A stretch of 64,000 nt of DNA from Firmicutes bacterium UBA3943. GTDB lineage: Bacteria > Bacillota > UBA4882 > UBA10575 > UBA3943. Of this stretch, positions 11,666-22,219 are shown piece by piece. Below the pieces are notes generated by a model that was not told the DNA's origin, ran no database searches, and saw nothing but the letters and a program-made list of their open reading frames with translations. Where the stretch lies: positions 5,474-69,473 of the forward strand of contig DGDV01000021.1 of assembly GCA_002385625.1 (NCBI GenBank), in the 5' to 3' direction. The translations under genes and the position numbers were made by a program. Every line of letters begins with the position of its first letter. Position 1 is the first letter of the stretch.

Positions 11666-12431
11666 ACTAACCGGCCGGTACTGGCCGGGCTGCTCCTTCT
11701 GGCACGACCGGGACCCCCGGACAAAACTGGGGTTAGTTACCGGTTATTTACTCCTGATTATCGGACTGGCGGAGGGCAAAGCCCAAATAGTCTTGGCCGG
11801 ACTCTTATTATGCTTGTACATATCGGCGAAAATACCATTGCGCCGGGCTTTGGGCAACCTAATTGCCTTTCGTTGGCTGATCATTCTGACGTTCCTGGCT
11901 AATCTGTTCTTTGTTAGGGGCGCAACGCCACTGGGCTCCCTCGCGTTTGTCACCAGGGAAGGATTGGCAGCGGCGGCTTTATATACATTACGCTTGATCA
12001 ATCTCCTTCTTTGCTCTTTTTGGTTAACGATGACTGTCCGGCCTTTGGCGTTAATTTCAGCCTTGGAGAAGTTACTGCAGCCCTTCCGCAGCTGGTTGCC
12101 GGTGGGGGAGTTTGCTTTGGCCATGGGACTGGCCGTGCGTTTTTTACCGCTGCTGCTGGAAGAAGGCGAAGAGATCAGGCTGGCGCAACAGGCCAGAGGT
12201 GCCGGGCGCCGTTCGGCCTTGCAGAACCTGGTGACTTTGGCTGTTCCCCTGTTTGTTGGCGTGGTCAGGCGTTCTGGCGAATTGGCGGATGCCATGGAGA
12301 TCCGGGGCTATGTCCCAGGAGCGTCTCGGACCGATTGGGCTGGTTCTACCTGGAACAGACGGGAGACTTTGACGCTTTTGGCCGGTTGGAGCGTGTTACT
12401 GTTGCTGGCGTTTGTACTCAAAAATTTGTAA
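11652..12431 (+). CDS. ecfT: ECF transporter transmembrane component EcfT
   Basis: DPRTK, AQQARG and AMEIRGY coupling motifs. Confidence 0.9.
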   Translation: MAGLELTGRYWPGCSFWHDRDPRTKLGLVTGYLLLIIGLAEGKAQIVLAGLLLCLYISAKIPLRRALGNLIAFRWLIILTFLANLFFVRGATPLGSLAFVTREGLAAAALYTLRLINLLLCSFWLTMTVRPLALISALEKLLQPFRSWLPVGEFALAMGLAVRFLPLLLEEGEEIRLAQQARGAGRRSALQNLVTLAVPLFVGVVRRSGELADAMEIRGYVPGASRTDWAGSTWNRRETLTLLAGWSVLLLLAFVLKNL

Positions 12432-12466
12432 GGAGGCGCCGGTGGAGGGTCCGGAGGGTGAAACTG

Positions 12467-13234
12467 GTGAAGGAATGCCGTAATATTAAATTAACCCTGG
12501 CCTATGACGGTACGGGTTATTCTGGTTTTCAACGACAATTAAACACCAAAATGACTATCCAGGAGAAGCTGGAAGAAGCCTTGGGGCGCTTGACCAAAAA
12601 AGAGATTACCCTGCACGGGGCGGGTCGGACCGATGCGGGCGTACACGCCCTGGGACAGGTGGTTAATTTTCGCACCTCCGCTTCGATTCCCGTGGAGAGG
12701 TGGCCCTATGCCCTTCGGGGCCTGCTGCCCCCCGAGATCGTGGTCTACAAAGCGGAGGAAGTGCCAAAGGAGTTTCATGCGCGCTACACGGCGGTGGCCA
12801 AAACCTATATTTACAGAATCTGGAGCGCCCGGTGGCCATCGGTATTTCACCAAAGATATACACTGTTTTATCCGGGGGAGCTTCAAGAAGACCCAATCAG
12901 GGAAACGTTGGAGATCCTCAAGGGCACCCATGATTTCCGGGCTTTTGCCGCCCAAGGATCGGCAGTCCGTAATACCGTGCGGACCATTTCCGCCCTTGTG
13001 TGGGAGGAAAAAGGTGATGAACGGGTTTTAACCGTCCGCGCTGACGGGTTTCTTTATCATATGGTACGAAATATTGTCGGGACCTTGTTGTGGGTGGGAG
13101 AAGGAAGGCTTACGCCGGAGCAGGTCCAAGCCGCCATGGTAGCCGGGCAGCGTAAAGACTTGGGGCCGACGGCACCCCCCATGGGTTTATGTTTAAAAGA
13201 GGTGGAATATCCGCCAAATCATGCCAAAGGGTGA
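12467..13234 (+). CDS. truA: tRNA pseudouridine(38-40) synthase
   Basis: YDGTGYSGFQ, AGRTDAGVHA, FLYHMVRNIVG; start reassigned from the over-long ORF at 12011. Confidence 0.96.
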   Translation: MKECRNIKLTLAYDGTGYSGFQRQLNTKMTIQEKLEEALGRLTKKEITLHGAGRTDAGVHALGQVVNFRTSASIPVERWPYALRGLLPPEIVVYKAEEVPKEFHARYTAVAKTYIYRIWSARWPSVFHQRYTLFYPGELQEDPIRETLEILKGTHDFRAFAAQGSAVRNTVRTISALVWEEKGDERVLTVRADGFLYHMVRNIVGTLLWVGEGRLTPEQVQAAMVAGQRKDLGPTAPPMGLCLKEVEYPPNHAKG

Positions 13235-13282
13235 AGGCGGCCAAGTCGTCCTGGCGGCCGGAAATGCCGGCGTTAATTGATG

Positions 13283-13311
13283 TTGACACTAATGTATGAT
13301 TTTGTTATAAT
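13283..13311 (+). promoter_or_regulatory. SigA promoter of rplM-rpsI
   Basis: TTGACA-N17-TATAAT with extended -10 TG. Confidence 0.88.
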
Positions 13312-13327
13312 GTAAGAGTTCATGATT

Positions 13328-13391
13328 TGGTGGTAATCAATCCGTGGTTGACTCTAGCCCCGTGTCACCCCGTGATGATTAATAAATACCA
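13328..13391 (+). ncRNA. Probable L13 ribosomal-protein leader
   Basis: 5' UTR of rplM with paired flanks and CTAGCCCCG core like Bacillota L13 leaders; boundaries approximate. Confidence 0.55.
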
Positions 13392-13422
13392 AGGAATCCC
13401 TGAATTTAGGAGGTCGACTCAC

Positions 13423-13857
13423 GTGCGCACCTATATGGCCAAGCCCAACGAGGTGGAGAAGAAGTGGTATGTGGTGGACGCCAAGGGGATCCCCCTCGGT
13501 CGTCTGGCTAGTAAAGTTGCAGCCCTCCTCCGCGGAAAGCATAAACCTCAGTTTACTCCCGGGGTGGACTGCGGAGACCATGTGATCATTATTAATGCGG
13601 ATAAAGTGGTTCTGACCGGGAACAAAGCAGAAGACAAGATCCGGTATTCCCATACCCTTTATCCCGGTGGTTTAAAGGCGGTTAAGTACTCCGAACTGCT
13701 GGAGAAGCGGCCTGATGTGGCCCTGACCAAGACCATCTGGGGCATGTTGCCCCACAATCGCCTGGGTCGCCAGCAGATTAAGAAGCTCAAAGTCTACCGG
13801 GGAGCCGAACATCCCCATGTAGCGCAAAAACCGGAAACCATAACGATTGAAGGGTAA
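13423..13857 (+). CDS. rplM: 50S ribosomal protein L13
   Basis: WYVVDA, LGRLAS, GKHKP, DCGDHV; GTG 13423 after AGGAGG. Confidence 0.97.
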   Translation: MRTYMAKPNEVEKKWYVVDAKGIPLGRLASKVAALLRGKHKPQFTPGVDCGDHVIIINADKVVLTGNKAEDKIRYSHTLYPGGLKAVKYSELLEKRPDVALTKTIWGMLPHNRLGRQQIKKLKVYRGAEHPHVAQKPETITIEG

Positions 13858-13880
13858 CTGAGTGAAGGGAGGATACTTCC

Positions 13881-14291
13881 TTGCCTAGGGCGAAGAAAGC
13901 ACAGAAGACAGTTTATTACGGAACCGGCCGCCGGAAAACATCCGTGGCCAAGGTTCGTGTTGTTCCCGGTCAGGGAAAGATCATGGTCAACAACAAAGAG
14001 GTTGGCGAGTACTTTGGACGTAAAGTCCTGGAAGTAATGGTGCGGCAACCCTTGGAACTGACCGGTACAAACGATAAATATGACGTGATTGCCAGTGTGT
14101 CCGGTGGCGGGACCAGCGGGCAGGCGGGCGCAGTCCGGCATGGCATTTCCCGGGCATTGCTCCGCATCGCCGATGATTTCCGTACTCCGCTGAAGCGAGC
14201 CGGTTTCCTCACCAGGGATCCGCGGGTCAAAGAGCGGCGGAAATACGGACTTAAGAAAGCCCGTAAAGCATCGCAATTCTCTAAACGGTAA
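13881..14291 (+). CDS. rpsI: 30S ribosomal protein S9
   Basis: [21 protein letters not shown]. Confidence 0.98.
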   Translation: MPRAKKAQKTVYYGTGRRKTSVAKVRVVPGQGKIMVNNKEVGEYFGRKVLEVMVRQPLELTGTNDKYDVIASVSGGGTSGQAGAVRHGISRALLRIADDFRTPLKRAGFLTRDPRVKERRKYGLKKARKASQFSKR

Positions 14292-14302
14292 TTTCGCTGG
14301 AG

Positions 14303-14332
14303 AAAGCAGCCTGGAACAAAAGGGCTGCTTTT
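14303..14332 (+). terminator. Intrinsic terminator after rpsI
   Basis: AAAGCAGCC...GGCTGCTTTT. Confidence 0.7.
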
Positions 14333-14453
14333 GTCATAGCGGTAAAAAACGCCATTACTTCCGGGGATTTTCCGGGTGCTGACCGGAACCATCGGGAAGA
14401 AAAGGCGTTTTCTTATTTGGAGTTATGTCACTAAGCCTGGACGGGGTGATGTT

Positions 14454-16520
14454 GTGAGACGTCGCGTGATCACTTTGATAAGCCTGTCGATGGCGATTAT
14501 CCTCTTTGGTTCCATGGCCTATGCCGCGGTAATTACCAAGGATATGCGCAGAAAGCTGGAGAACATCCGGCTTGCTTCCACGGTATATGACAGGAACGGT
14601 AAAGTCATTGGTAATCTCTATTTCAGCAAGCGGATCTGGACACCCCTGAACAAGATGCCCGCCAACCTGAAAAATGCTGTGATTGCCATTGAAGATTCCC
14701 GTTTTTACCAGCACAATGGTATTGACCCAAAGGGTATGGCCAGGGCCTTCTTCCGCAACTTACAACCCGGCGGGAACAAGGAAGGCGGCAGTACAATTAC
14801 GCAGCAACTGGCCAAGATTGTGCTTCTCTCCTCCGAACGGACTATCTCCCGTAAACTCAAAGATATCTCCTATGCCATGGAGATTGAGCGGGTATATAGC
14901 AAGGATGAGATCCTGGAACTCTATCTGAATAGTGTTTATCTAGCCCATGGCAATGTGGGTATGGAAGCGGCCTCCCGCTACTACTTCGGCAAATCGGTGG
15001 ATAAGTTATCACTGGATCAGGCGGCCTTATTGGCCGGGCTCATCCAAAGCCCGGAGAACTACTCGCCGGTCAAGCACCCCAAGGAAGCGCTGACCCGCCG
15101 TAATGTGGTTCTCAAGCGGATGTTTGAACTGAAATATATCACCAATGCCCAGTACCAGGCAGCGCTAAAAAAACCGGTCAAGGTGGTGAAGACTGCTGAC
15201 AAAGCGCCGGTGGCTGGTTATTTCCTGGATTATGTCCGGGAGTATCTGCTGCAAGAAGTGGGCATGACCGAAGAGCAGCTACGGTTTGGCGGTTATAAGA
15301 TCTACACTTCACTGGATCTGAACATGCAACGCCAAGCCGAGCAGACTATGGCCAAACTTCCTGTGGTATCTAACGCCAAGACGCAACCCCAAGGCGCTTT
15401 GGTCACATTGGATCCTAATAATGGTCAAGTCCTGGCCATGGTGGGCGGGCGGAGTTATTCCGAAAGCCAGTATAACCGGGCGGTTAAATCCCACCGCCAA
15501 CCAGGGTCGACCATCAAACCATTCATCTATGCCACGGCGCTGGAGAAGGGCTACACCGCGGCTACGATTATGGAAGACCGGGCCCTCAGCATTCCCCTGG
15601 CGAACGGCGGGATCTGGGAACCCAAGAATTACGATGGGGAGTACCTGGGACCTGTCTCTCTCCGGGTGGCCTTGCGGAAATCCATTAATACCATTGCCGT
15701 CCAGTTGCTCCAGGAGATCGGTATTGAGCCCGTGGTGGAGCAGATGGAGAAGATGGGTATCACCAGTCTGGTGAAGACAGGTGTTAATAACGATTTGAAT
15801 CTCGCCCCCCTGTCCCTGGGCGGGTTGACCAAAGGAGTAACCCCATTGGAACTGGCGGCAGCCTACGCACCCTTTGCCAATTTGGGCAGATCCGTTAAAC
15901 CCTACGCCGTGTTAAAGATTACGGACAAAAACGGCAAACTGGTCCGGAGATTTACCCCGGTCAGACAGCGGGCGTTGTCGGAACAAACGGCGTATATCAT
16001 GACTTCGTTGATGCAAGATGTGATGGAGCAAGGTACGGGCTGGCGCGCCCGGCTGCCGGGCCGCCCAGCGGCGGGTAAAACCGGCACCAGCAGTGACTAC
16101 ACCAATGCTTGGTTTGCCGGGTATACCCCCGACCTGCTGACGGTGGTCTGGATCGGCAATGACCGCCAGGACCAGTCCATGCGGTATAAAAACCTGACCA
16201 TCGGCAGCGGGACGGCGGCCGGGTTATGGAAGGAGTATATGACCGGCATTACAAAGGGTCGCCCGGTCCGGGATTTCCGGGAACCGCCGGGAATTATCTG
16301 GGCGGATGTAAATCCGGCGACCGGAGAGGTAGTCCCCGGTTGGCTGGCGCGGGATACGTACAAAGAGGTGTTTAACGAGAATAATGTCCCGGCCAGCCGG
16401 TCTTATAAGATTTGGCGGTGGTTCTTCCCCGGCAGGAAACGGGGGGCACAAGAGGATGATGCTGCAGGCATGCCGGACCAAGCCGGACCAGAAGAAGCTC
16501 CCGAGGATAATTGGTTGTAG
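14454..16520 (+). CDS. Class A penicillin-binding protein (PBP1A family)
   Basis: N-terminal TM; glycosyltransferase motifs EDSRF, GSTITQQ, RKLKD; transpeptidase STIK, SIN, KTG. Confidence 0.93.
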   Translation: MRRRVITLISLSMAIILFGSMAYAAVITKDMRRKLENIRLASTVYDRNGKVIGNLYFSKRIWTPLNKMPANLKNAVIAIEDSRFYQHNGIDPKGMARAFFRNLQPGGNKEGGSTITQQLAKIVLLSSERTISRKLKDISYAMEIERVYSKDEILELYLNSVYLAHGNVGMEAASRYYFGKSVDKLSLDQAALLAGLIQSPENYSPVKHPKEALTRRNVVLKRMFELKYITNAQYQAALKKPVKVVKTADKAPVAGYFLDYVREYLLQEVGMTEEQLRFGGYKIYTSLDLNMQRQAEQTMAKLPVVSNAKTQPQGALVTLDPNNGQVLAMVGGRSYSESQYNRAVKSHRQPGSTIKPFIYATALEKGYTAATIMEDRALSIPLANGGIWEPKNYDGEYLGPVSLRVALRKSINTIAVQLLQEIGIEPVVEQMEKMGITSLVKTGVNNDLNLAPLSLGGLTKGVTPLELAAAYAPFANLGRSVKPYAVLKITDKNGKLVRRFTPVRQRALSEQTAYIMTSLMQDVMEQGTGWRARLPGRPAAGKTGTSSDYTNAWFAGYTPDLLTVVWIGNDRQDQSMRYKNLTIGSGTAAGLWKEYMTGITKGRPVRDFREPPGIIWADVNPATGEVVPGWLARDTYKEVFNENNVPASRSYKIWRWFFPGRKRGAQEDDAAGMPDQAGPEEAPEDNWL

Positions 16521-16561
16521 CAGGGAAGATGGAAACTTTTCTGTCAAGTTCCCGAGTTAAC

Positions 16562-16590
16562 TTGACGGGAACGAAGAAAAACGGTAGAAT
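16562..16590 (+). promoter_or_regulatory. SigA promoter of pfl operon
   Basis: TTGACG-N17-TAGAAT directly upstream of the riboswitch. Confidence 0.85.
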
Positions 16591-16603
16591 CAAAATGTAA
16601 AGG

Positions 16604-16676
16604 CCCCGTATGACTGGCGGAGCAGTGGAGAAACCACGGGGGAGTACGGGGATGTGAATTGCCGGCCGCCTGGGCA
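16604..16676 (+). ncRNA. ZMP/ZTP riboswitch (pfl motif)
   Basis: P1 CCCCGTA/TACGGGG, TGACTGGCG, P2 GTGG-AGAAA-CCAC, GGGGAG, P3 GCCGGCCGCCTGGGCA; upstream of pflB. Confidence 0.93.
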
Positions 16677-16703
16677 CAATATGCCCGGGCGGCTTTATAT
16701 TTT
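16665..16703 (+). terminator. Riboswitch expression-platform terminator
   Basis: GCCGCCTGGGCA-caata-TGCCCGGGCGGC followed by TTTATATTTT; overlaps P3. Confidence 0.85.
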
Positions 16704-16722
16704 ACAGTTGGGAGGAATGACC

Positions 16723-18942
16723 ATGGATGCTTGGCGCGGATTTAAAGGAGTAACTTGGCGGGAACGCATCGATGTGACGGACTTTGTCCGGACAAACTAT
16801 GAACCCTATGCGGGGGACAGCAAGTTCTTATCCGGCCCCTCCGAACGGACCCGGCGTCTCTGGCAAAAGTGCCAGGAACTCTTCGCAAAAGAGCGGGCGG
16901 CCGGTGGTGTACTGGCCATTGATACCAAACGGGTGGCGGGCATCACTGCTTGGCCGCCAGGGTATATTGACAAGGAAGACGAGCTCATTGTGGGGCTGCA
17001 GACAGATCAACCCCTAAAACGGATGGTTAATCCCTGGGGCGGTTGGCGGATGGTGGAGGCGGCCTGCAAAGCCCGGGGTGTTGAACCGGATCCTACCATG
17101 AAAAAGATCTTTACCCGTTACCGCCGGACCCAGAATGAGGCGATTTTTCGGATCTATACACCGGCTATGCGCCAGGCCCGGCATCTGGGGATCATCACTG
17201 GCCTGCCCGATGCTTACGGCCGCGGGCGCTTGATCGGCGATTACAGGCGGATCCCGCTGTATGGCGCAAATTTCTTGATTGAGCAAAAACGCAAGGACCT
17301 TTATGCCCTGGACAATGTGGATGATACCACCATTCACCTCCGGGAAGACATTGCTGACCAGGTACGGGCCCTGGAGCGCATGATTGAACTGGGTTTGGCC
17401 TACGGGTGTGATATCTCCCGCCCGGCTGTTAATGCCCATGAGGCGGTGCAATGGCTTTATCTTGCCTACCTTTGCGCCATCAAAGAACAAAACGGCGCCG
17501 CCATGTCCTTTGGGCACAACAGTCCCTTCCTGGATATTTACATCCAACGGGATCTGGCCGAGGGGACTTTGACCGAAGAACAGGCCCAGGAACTCATTGA
17601 CCAATTGGTGATGAAACTGCGGATGGTGCGGCATCTTAGGACTCCCGAATATGACGAACTGTTTGCCGGCGACCCGGTTTGGGTCACCGAGTCCCTGGGC
17701 GGTTTGGCGGAAGACGGTCGTCCCTTGGTGACCAAGACTGATTTCCGTTGGTTACAGACCTTGCGTAATCTGGGGCCGGCCCCGGAACCGAATTTGACGA
17801 TCCTGTGGAGCCCCAGGTTGCCCGAGGGATTCCGTAATTTCTGCGCCGAGGTGGCCATTGAGACCTCAGCCCTGCAGTTTGAGAATGATGAGATTATGCG
17901 GCCCATCTTCGGCGATGATTACGGCATCTCCTGTTGCGTCTCCGCCACGCGCCTGGGCAAGGATATGCAGTTCTTCGGCGCCCGGGTCAACCTGGCCAAA
18001 GCTCTCTTATTGGCGATTAACGGCGGTCGGGATGAGATCTCCGGTGATCAGGTTTTGGAAGTTCCGGAACTCCAAGGGGAGGTCCTGGAGTGGGAACAGG
18101 TTTGGGCCAATTTTGAAAAGGTAATGACCTGGTTGTCGGTGTTGTACAGCCGGACCATGAACTGCATCCACTACATGCATGACAAGTACAACTATGAACG
18201 GGTGCAGATGGCGTTGATTGATTCCAATCCCAACCGGTTCATGTCCTTTGGTATTGCGGGCCTGTCGGTGGTGGCTGATTCCTTGAGCGCCATCAAGTAT
18301 GCCCGGGTTAAGGTCGTCCGTGATGAGCGGGGCATTGCCAAAGAGTTTCAGATTGAAGGGGACTTCCCCTGCTTTGGTAATGACGATGACCGGGTGGACG
18401 GCTTGGCGGTGCGGGTGATCCGGTACTTCTATTCATCCCTGGCGCAGCAGCCCATTTATAGGAAGGCCGTGCCGACGTTGTCCATTCTGACGATTACCTC
18501 CAATGTGGTTTACGGGAAGAAGACCGGCGCCACCCCCGACGGGCGGCCAGCCGGCAAGCCCTTTGCGCCTGGGGCCAATCCCATGCACGGCCGGGAGAAA
18601 ACAGGCGTGGTGGCGGCCATGCGGTCTGTGGCCAAGCTGCCCTATGATATCTGCCGGGACGGGATCTCCTATACCTTCTCCATTACCCCGCGGGCCTTGG
18701 GCCAGGATGAGAAGGAACGGGTCAAAAACTTGAAGGGCCTGATTGACGGATATTTTGACGCCCGGGGCCATCACATTAATGTTAATGTCTACAGCCGGGA
18801 GACCCTGATTGATGCTATGGAGCATCCCGAACTCTACCCCAACCTGACCATACGTGTCTCGGGTTATGCCGTTCATTTCACCAAACTCAGCCGTGAGCAG
18901 CAGCAAGAGGTCATTGAACGGACGATTTATGAGCGCTTGTAA
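16723..18942 (+). CDS. pflB: Pyruvate formate-lyase
   Basis: [14 protein letters not shown] catalytic pair, glycyl radical RVSGY; ATG 16723 after GGAGGA. Confidence 0.97.
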   Translation: MDAWRGFKGVTWRERIDVTDFVRTNYEPYAGDSKFLSGPSERTRRLWQKCQELFAKERAAGGVLAIDTKRVAGITAWPPGYIDKEDELIVGLQTDQPLKRMVNPWGGWRMVEAACKARGVEPDPTMKKIFTRYRRTQNEAIFRIYTPAMRQARHLGIITGLPDAYGRGRLIGDYRRIPLYGANFLIEQKRKDLYALDNVDDTTIHLREDIADQVRALERMIELGLAYGCDISRPAVNAHEAVQWLYLAYLCAIKEQNGAAMSFGHNSPFLDIYIQRDLAEGTLTEEQAQELIDQLVMKLRMVRHLRTPEYDELFAGDPVWVTESLGGLAEDGRPLVTKTDFRWLQTLRNLGPAPEPNLTILWSPRLPEGFRNFCAEVAIETSALQFENDEIMRPIFGDDYGISCCVSATRLGKDMQFFGARVNLAKALLLAINGGRDEISGDQVLEVPELQGEVLEWEQVWANFEKVMTWLSVLYSRTMNCIHYMHDKYNYERVQMALIDSNPNRFMSFGIAGLSVVADSLSAIKYARVKVVRDERGIAKEFQIEGDFPCFGNDDDRVDGLAVRVIRYFYSSLAQQPIYRKAVPTLSILTITSNVVYGKKTGATPDGRPAGKPFAPGANPMHGREKTGVVAAMRSVAKLPYDICRDGISYTFSITPRALGQDEKERVKNLKGLIDGYFDARGHHINVNVYSRETLIDAMEHPELYPNLTIRVSGYAVHFTKLSREQQQEVIERTIYERL

Positions 18943-18953
18943 AGCGGCAAGGA

Positions 18954-19670
18954 GTGACAGGTTTGGGGCGCATCCAACAAATCCAAAGCTTTAGCACATT
19001 TGACGGGCCGGGCACCCGGTGTGTGGTGTTCCTGCAGGGCTGTCCCATGGGCTGTATCTTCTGCCATAACCCGGACTCTTGGGACGCGGCGGGCGGTGAA
19101 GAAGTCGGGGTGGAGGAACTGATCCACCGGATTGAACGGTTTCGCCGGTTTCTGTCAGCACCGGGCCTGACCTTGACCGGTGGTGAGCCCCTCCTGCAGG
19201 CGGAGTTTACTGCCGAGGTAATCGATGCGGCCCATGAGCGGGGGTGGCATGTGGCCTTGGATACCTCCGGCTGGGGGCCGGAGGAACGGTTTATGCAGGT
19301 GGCTGGTAAGGCTGACCTGGTCATGTTCTCCATTAAACATCCCTTGGAACCGGAGCTGGTGGCCAACCATGGGGCGCGGGAGGCTTTGGCTAACTGGCGA
19401 AACCTGGCCCGGCTTTCCGTACCAGTTTGGCTCCGGTATGTACTGATTACAGGACGGACAGATCAGCCCGAAGCCTTGCGGGCCTTAGGGGAATTAGCCA
19501 AGGAACAGCCTAATCTGGAACGGGTGGAGATCTTGCCTTACAATAGTTTGGCGGAGAACAAATGGGCCAAACTCGGCTGGCGGTTTCCTTTGCATGAGGG
19601 GGCAGACCCCAAAGTGACGGAGGAACAGATCCGTCAGGCCGAGATGCTGGTTGGTTGGAAGAAACTTTGA
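18954..19670 (+). CDS. pflA: PFL-activating enzyme (radical SAM)
   Basis: DGPG, CPMGCIFCHNPD, TGGEP, LDTSG. Confidence 0.95.
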   Translation: MTGLGRIQQIQSFSTFDGPGTRCVVFLQGCPMGCIFCHNPDSWDAAGGEEVGVEELIHRIERFRRFLSAPGLTLTGGEPLLQAEFTAEVIDAAHERGWHVALDTSGWGPEERFMQVAGKADLVMFSIKHPLEPELVANHGAREALANWRNLARLSVPVWLRYVLITGRTDQPEALRALGELAKEQPNLERVEILPYNSLAENKWAKLGWRFPLHEGADPKVTEEQIRQAEMLVGWKKL

Positions 19671-19837
19671 TTTAAAACTGGGAAAACTTTTTTCAGCGAT
19701 TAAGTTTAGGCGGAGACCGACGGGTTTCCGCCATTTTCTATTTTCTGTGGCAAAGAAGGGAATACGACGATTTGATGGAATAAAAAGCATTATCACAAAG
19801 AAGCCGTGGGCGTTTCCAGGAAGGTGGTGGTGGTAAG

Positions 19838-20440
19838 TTGGAGCAGGAAATGATCCTGGCCGAGTTGGCGGCCCTCAAAGCAAAGGTGGTAAACTGCCGG
19901 GCCTGCGGGCTTAGGGCCGGTTGCCAATAGGTGGTCTTTGGCGAAGGTTACCCCGGTTTAATGGTGATTGGGGAAGGCCCGGGGGCGGATGAAGACCGTC
20001 TGGGCCGGCCCTTTGTGGGGAAAGCCGGGCAATTGTTGGATAAGATCTTGGCCTCCGGCGGTTTTGACCGGCACCGGAACGCATATATTGCCAATGTGGT
20101 CAAATGCCGGCCACCGGGGAACCGGGTGCCGACGCCCACCGAGTGCCTGGCTTGCCTGCCGTATTTGCGGGAACAGATGTACATCCTGCAACCAAAGGTG
20201 GTGCTGCTCCTGGGCGCCACGGCCCTGCGGGGCGTCCTGGGTGTGACGGAAGGGATCACCAAGGCCCGGGGGAACTGGATTGAACAGGACGGCGTCTGGT
20301 ATCTGCCCACCTTCCATCCGGCGGCGCTTTTACGGGACCCCCGGCGGAAAGTTGAGGTCTGGGCCGATATCCAATCGCTCTTTTGGAAGTACCGGGAATT
20401 GGTGGATCCGCAGCATACCAGCCCGTTTATTCCCGCTTAG
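19838..20440 (+). pseudogene. Family-4 [4Fe-4S] uracil-DNA glycosylase with in-frame TAG at 19928-19930
   Basis: In-frame upstream peptide ...VNCRACGLRAGCQ*VVFGEG, then GEGPG, KCRPPGNR, HPAALLR. Confidence 0.85.
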
Positions 20441-20527
20441 GCGGGCGAAGTTAAGAGAGTTTGACATTTGCCGGCCGGATCCGGTGTTATTCCGGCGGGT
20501 ACAGGAAAACATAATGAGGTGAGAGAT

Positions 20528-21322
20528 TTGCCGAAAAGCTTCATCTCCGATATGGACGGAGTGGTCTATAAAGGCAACCAACTGGTGCCTGGGGCCGATG
20601 AGTTTGTGGAGAAACTGAAACGAGGCGGCCATAAGTTCCTGTTTCTGACCAACAACTCGCGGCATACACCCCTTGATCTCCGGCGCAAAATGAAGGATTT
20701 AGGCATTGAGCTTGAGGAAAAACACTTTTACACCTCTGCGCTGGCTACGGCAGCCTTTTTAAACATGCAAAAACCAAAGGGCTCTGCTTATGTCATCGGG
20801 GATGCGGGTTTGACCAAAGCCCTCTATGACGTGGGCTATTCCATTACTGAGCGCAATCCCGACTATGTGGTGGTGGGGGAGACGCTCAATTACAACTTCG
20901 AACAGATCCAAAAGGCCATCTTTTTCATTGAAAGGGGTGCCCGCTTTATTGCTACCAACCCCGACCTGACGGGGCCGACGGAGCACGGGATTATGCCGGC
21001 CTGCGGCGCCTTGACGGCCCCCATTGAACGGGCGTCCCGGCGCAAACCCTATTATATCGGGAAACCCAATGCCTTAATGATGCGGATTGCCCTGCGTATG
21101 TTGGGTGATCATTCGGAAAACACGGTGATGATTGGCGACCGGATGGACACGGACATTGTGGCCGGCCTGGAGACTGGCCTGACCACCTGTCTGGTGTTAA
21201 CGGGCGTTACCTCACCAGAAGCTTTGAAATACTTTCCCTATCGTCCCGATTACATCTTCGACAGTATCAAGGACATTGATCCGGAGGACTTGGCGGCTAA
21301 TGCACGGGAGAAAACGGCTTAA
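20528..21322 (+). CDS. HAD-IIA hydrolase (NagD-like)
   Basis: DMDGV, LTNNS, TNPD, GKP, GDRMDTDI; TTG start after GAGGTG. Confidence 0.9.
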   Translation: MPKSFISDMDGVVYKGNQLVPGADEFVEKLKRGGHKFLFLTNNSRHTPLDLRRKMKDLGIELEEKHFYTSALATAAFLNMQKPKGSAYVIGDAGLTKALYDVGYSITERNPDYVVVGETLNYNFEQIQKAIFFIERGARFIATNPDLTGPTEHGIMPACGALTAPIERASRRKPYYIGKPNALMMRIALRMLGDHSENTVMIGDRMDTDIVAGLETGLTTCLVLTGVTSPEALKYFPYRPDYIFDSIKDIDPEDLAANAREKTA

Positions 21323-21330
21323 CAGGAAAG

Positions 21331-21355
21331 ACCGGCATGGATGTGCCGGTTTTTT
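21331..21355 (+). terminator. Intrinsic terminator after HAD gene
   Basis: ACCGGCA-N6-TGCCGGT-TTTTT. Confidence 0.75.
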
Positions 21356-21461
21356 GCCTAAATGGCGGGCCGTTTACACTTGTCACCGGTCCTTAGGGAA
21401 CCGCGGAATAGGGAAATCCTAAAGCGCGGAATGCTAGTAAGAACATAAGGAGGGGCAAACC

Positions 21462-21701
21462 ATGGAGGACCCCCGGCAGGGCCCCCGGCTTGATCCGGAA
21501 TTGTTACGGCATCTAAAATTTTACGGCACCATCGGGATGGATATTGCCTCCGGCACCTTCCTTGGTTTTGCTGTCGGAACATACCTCGATAGCCGTTACG
21601 GCACCTCCCCGGTGTGGTCCGCCGTCTGCCTGCTGTTGGGGGCGACCGTCGGATTTTACGGGGTATTCCGGTTGGTCATGCGGGAAGTTAAACGCCGGTG
21701 A
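21462..21701 (+). CDS. atpZ: AtpZ/AtpI-family small membrane protein
   Basis: Two TM helices, G..LD..YGT.P pattern; first gene of the atp cluster. Confidence 0.8.
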   Translation: MEDPRQGPRLDPELLRHLKFYGTIGMDIASGTFLGFAVGTYLDSRYGTSPVWSAVCLLLGATVGFYGVFRLVMREVKRR

Positions 21702-21841
21702 TTTTTGTTGAGAAAAGGAAGCTGCCGGAGAAAGACGGTTAAATCTTTAACAAAGTTGGTCCTGCTTAAGCTAGGAGGATTAATTTAAAGTCTTTGACGT
21801 TTGCTTATTTAAAGAAATAGGGTTAAAGTAGGGGATATCCG

Positions 21842-22219
21842 GTGGAAAACATGGAAATAGCGGTTAACAGAGGTATTTTTCGGACATTATTGCATAACAT
21901 TGCCCTGTTGTTATTGTTGCTTGTTGGCGGTCTTGCCGCCAAAGGCGGTGGGGTGGTCGGGGTTTTGGCAGGCTGGTCAATATCGCTCCTGAACAGGCGC
22001 AGTCTGCTTTGTTGTCTCGGACGGGGGAATCTGCCCTCCCTCCCCGCCCGGTTGCGTCGGAACACCGTCGGACGCATGGTCATGTCCTTTGCGGCCTTGG
22101 CGATTATAGTAAAGATGGTTCCGGCGGCCTTTGGGTGGGCTGTTGGGGCTTGGCTGACAAACCAGACCATCTGGTTCCTCTCTTTGGCTGGTCTGATGCT
22201 GGAAAAAGGGGATGGTTAA
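21842..22219 (+). CDS. atpI: ATP synthase protein I-like membrane protein
   Basis: About 4 TM, overlaps atpB start; assignment mainly positional. Confidence 0.65.
   Translation: MENMEIAVNRGIFRTLLHNIALLLLLLVGGLAAKGGGVVGVLAGWSISLLNRRSLLCCLGRGNLPSLPARLRRNTVGRMVMSFAALAIIVKMVPAAFGWAVGAWLTNQTIWFLSLAGLMLEKGDG

Noticed and set aside
12011..12466. Long N-terminal extension of TruA in the ORF track
   Set aside because: Overlaps ecfT in another frame; RBS and homology point to a start near 12467
16654..16722. N-terminal extension of PflB
   Set aside because: Lies within the riboswitch and terminator; the RBS precedes ATG 16723
19928..19930. Genome-wide TAG recoding
   Set aside because: TAG ends several conserved genes at their expected termini
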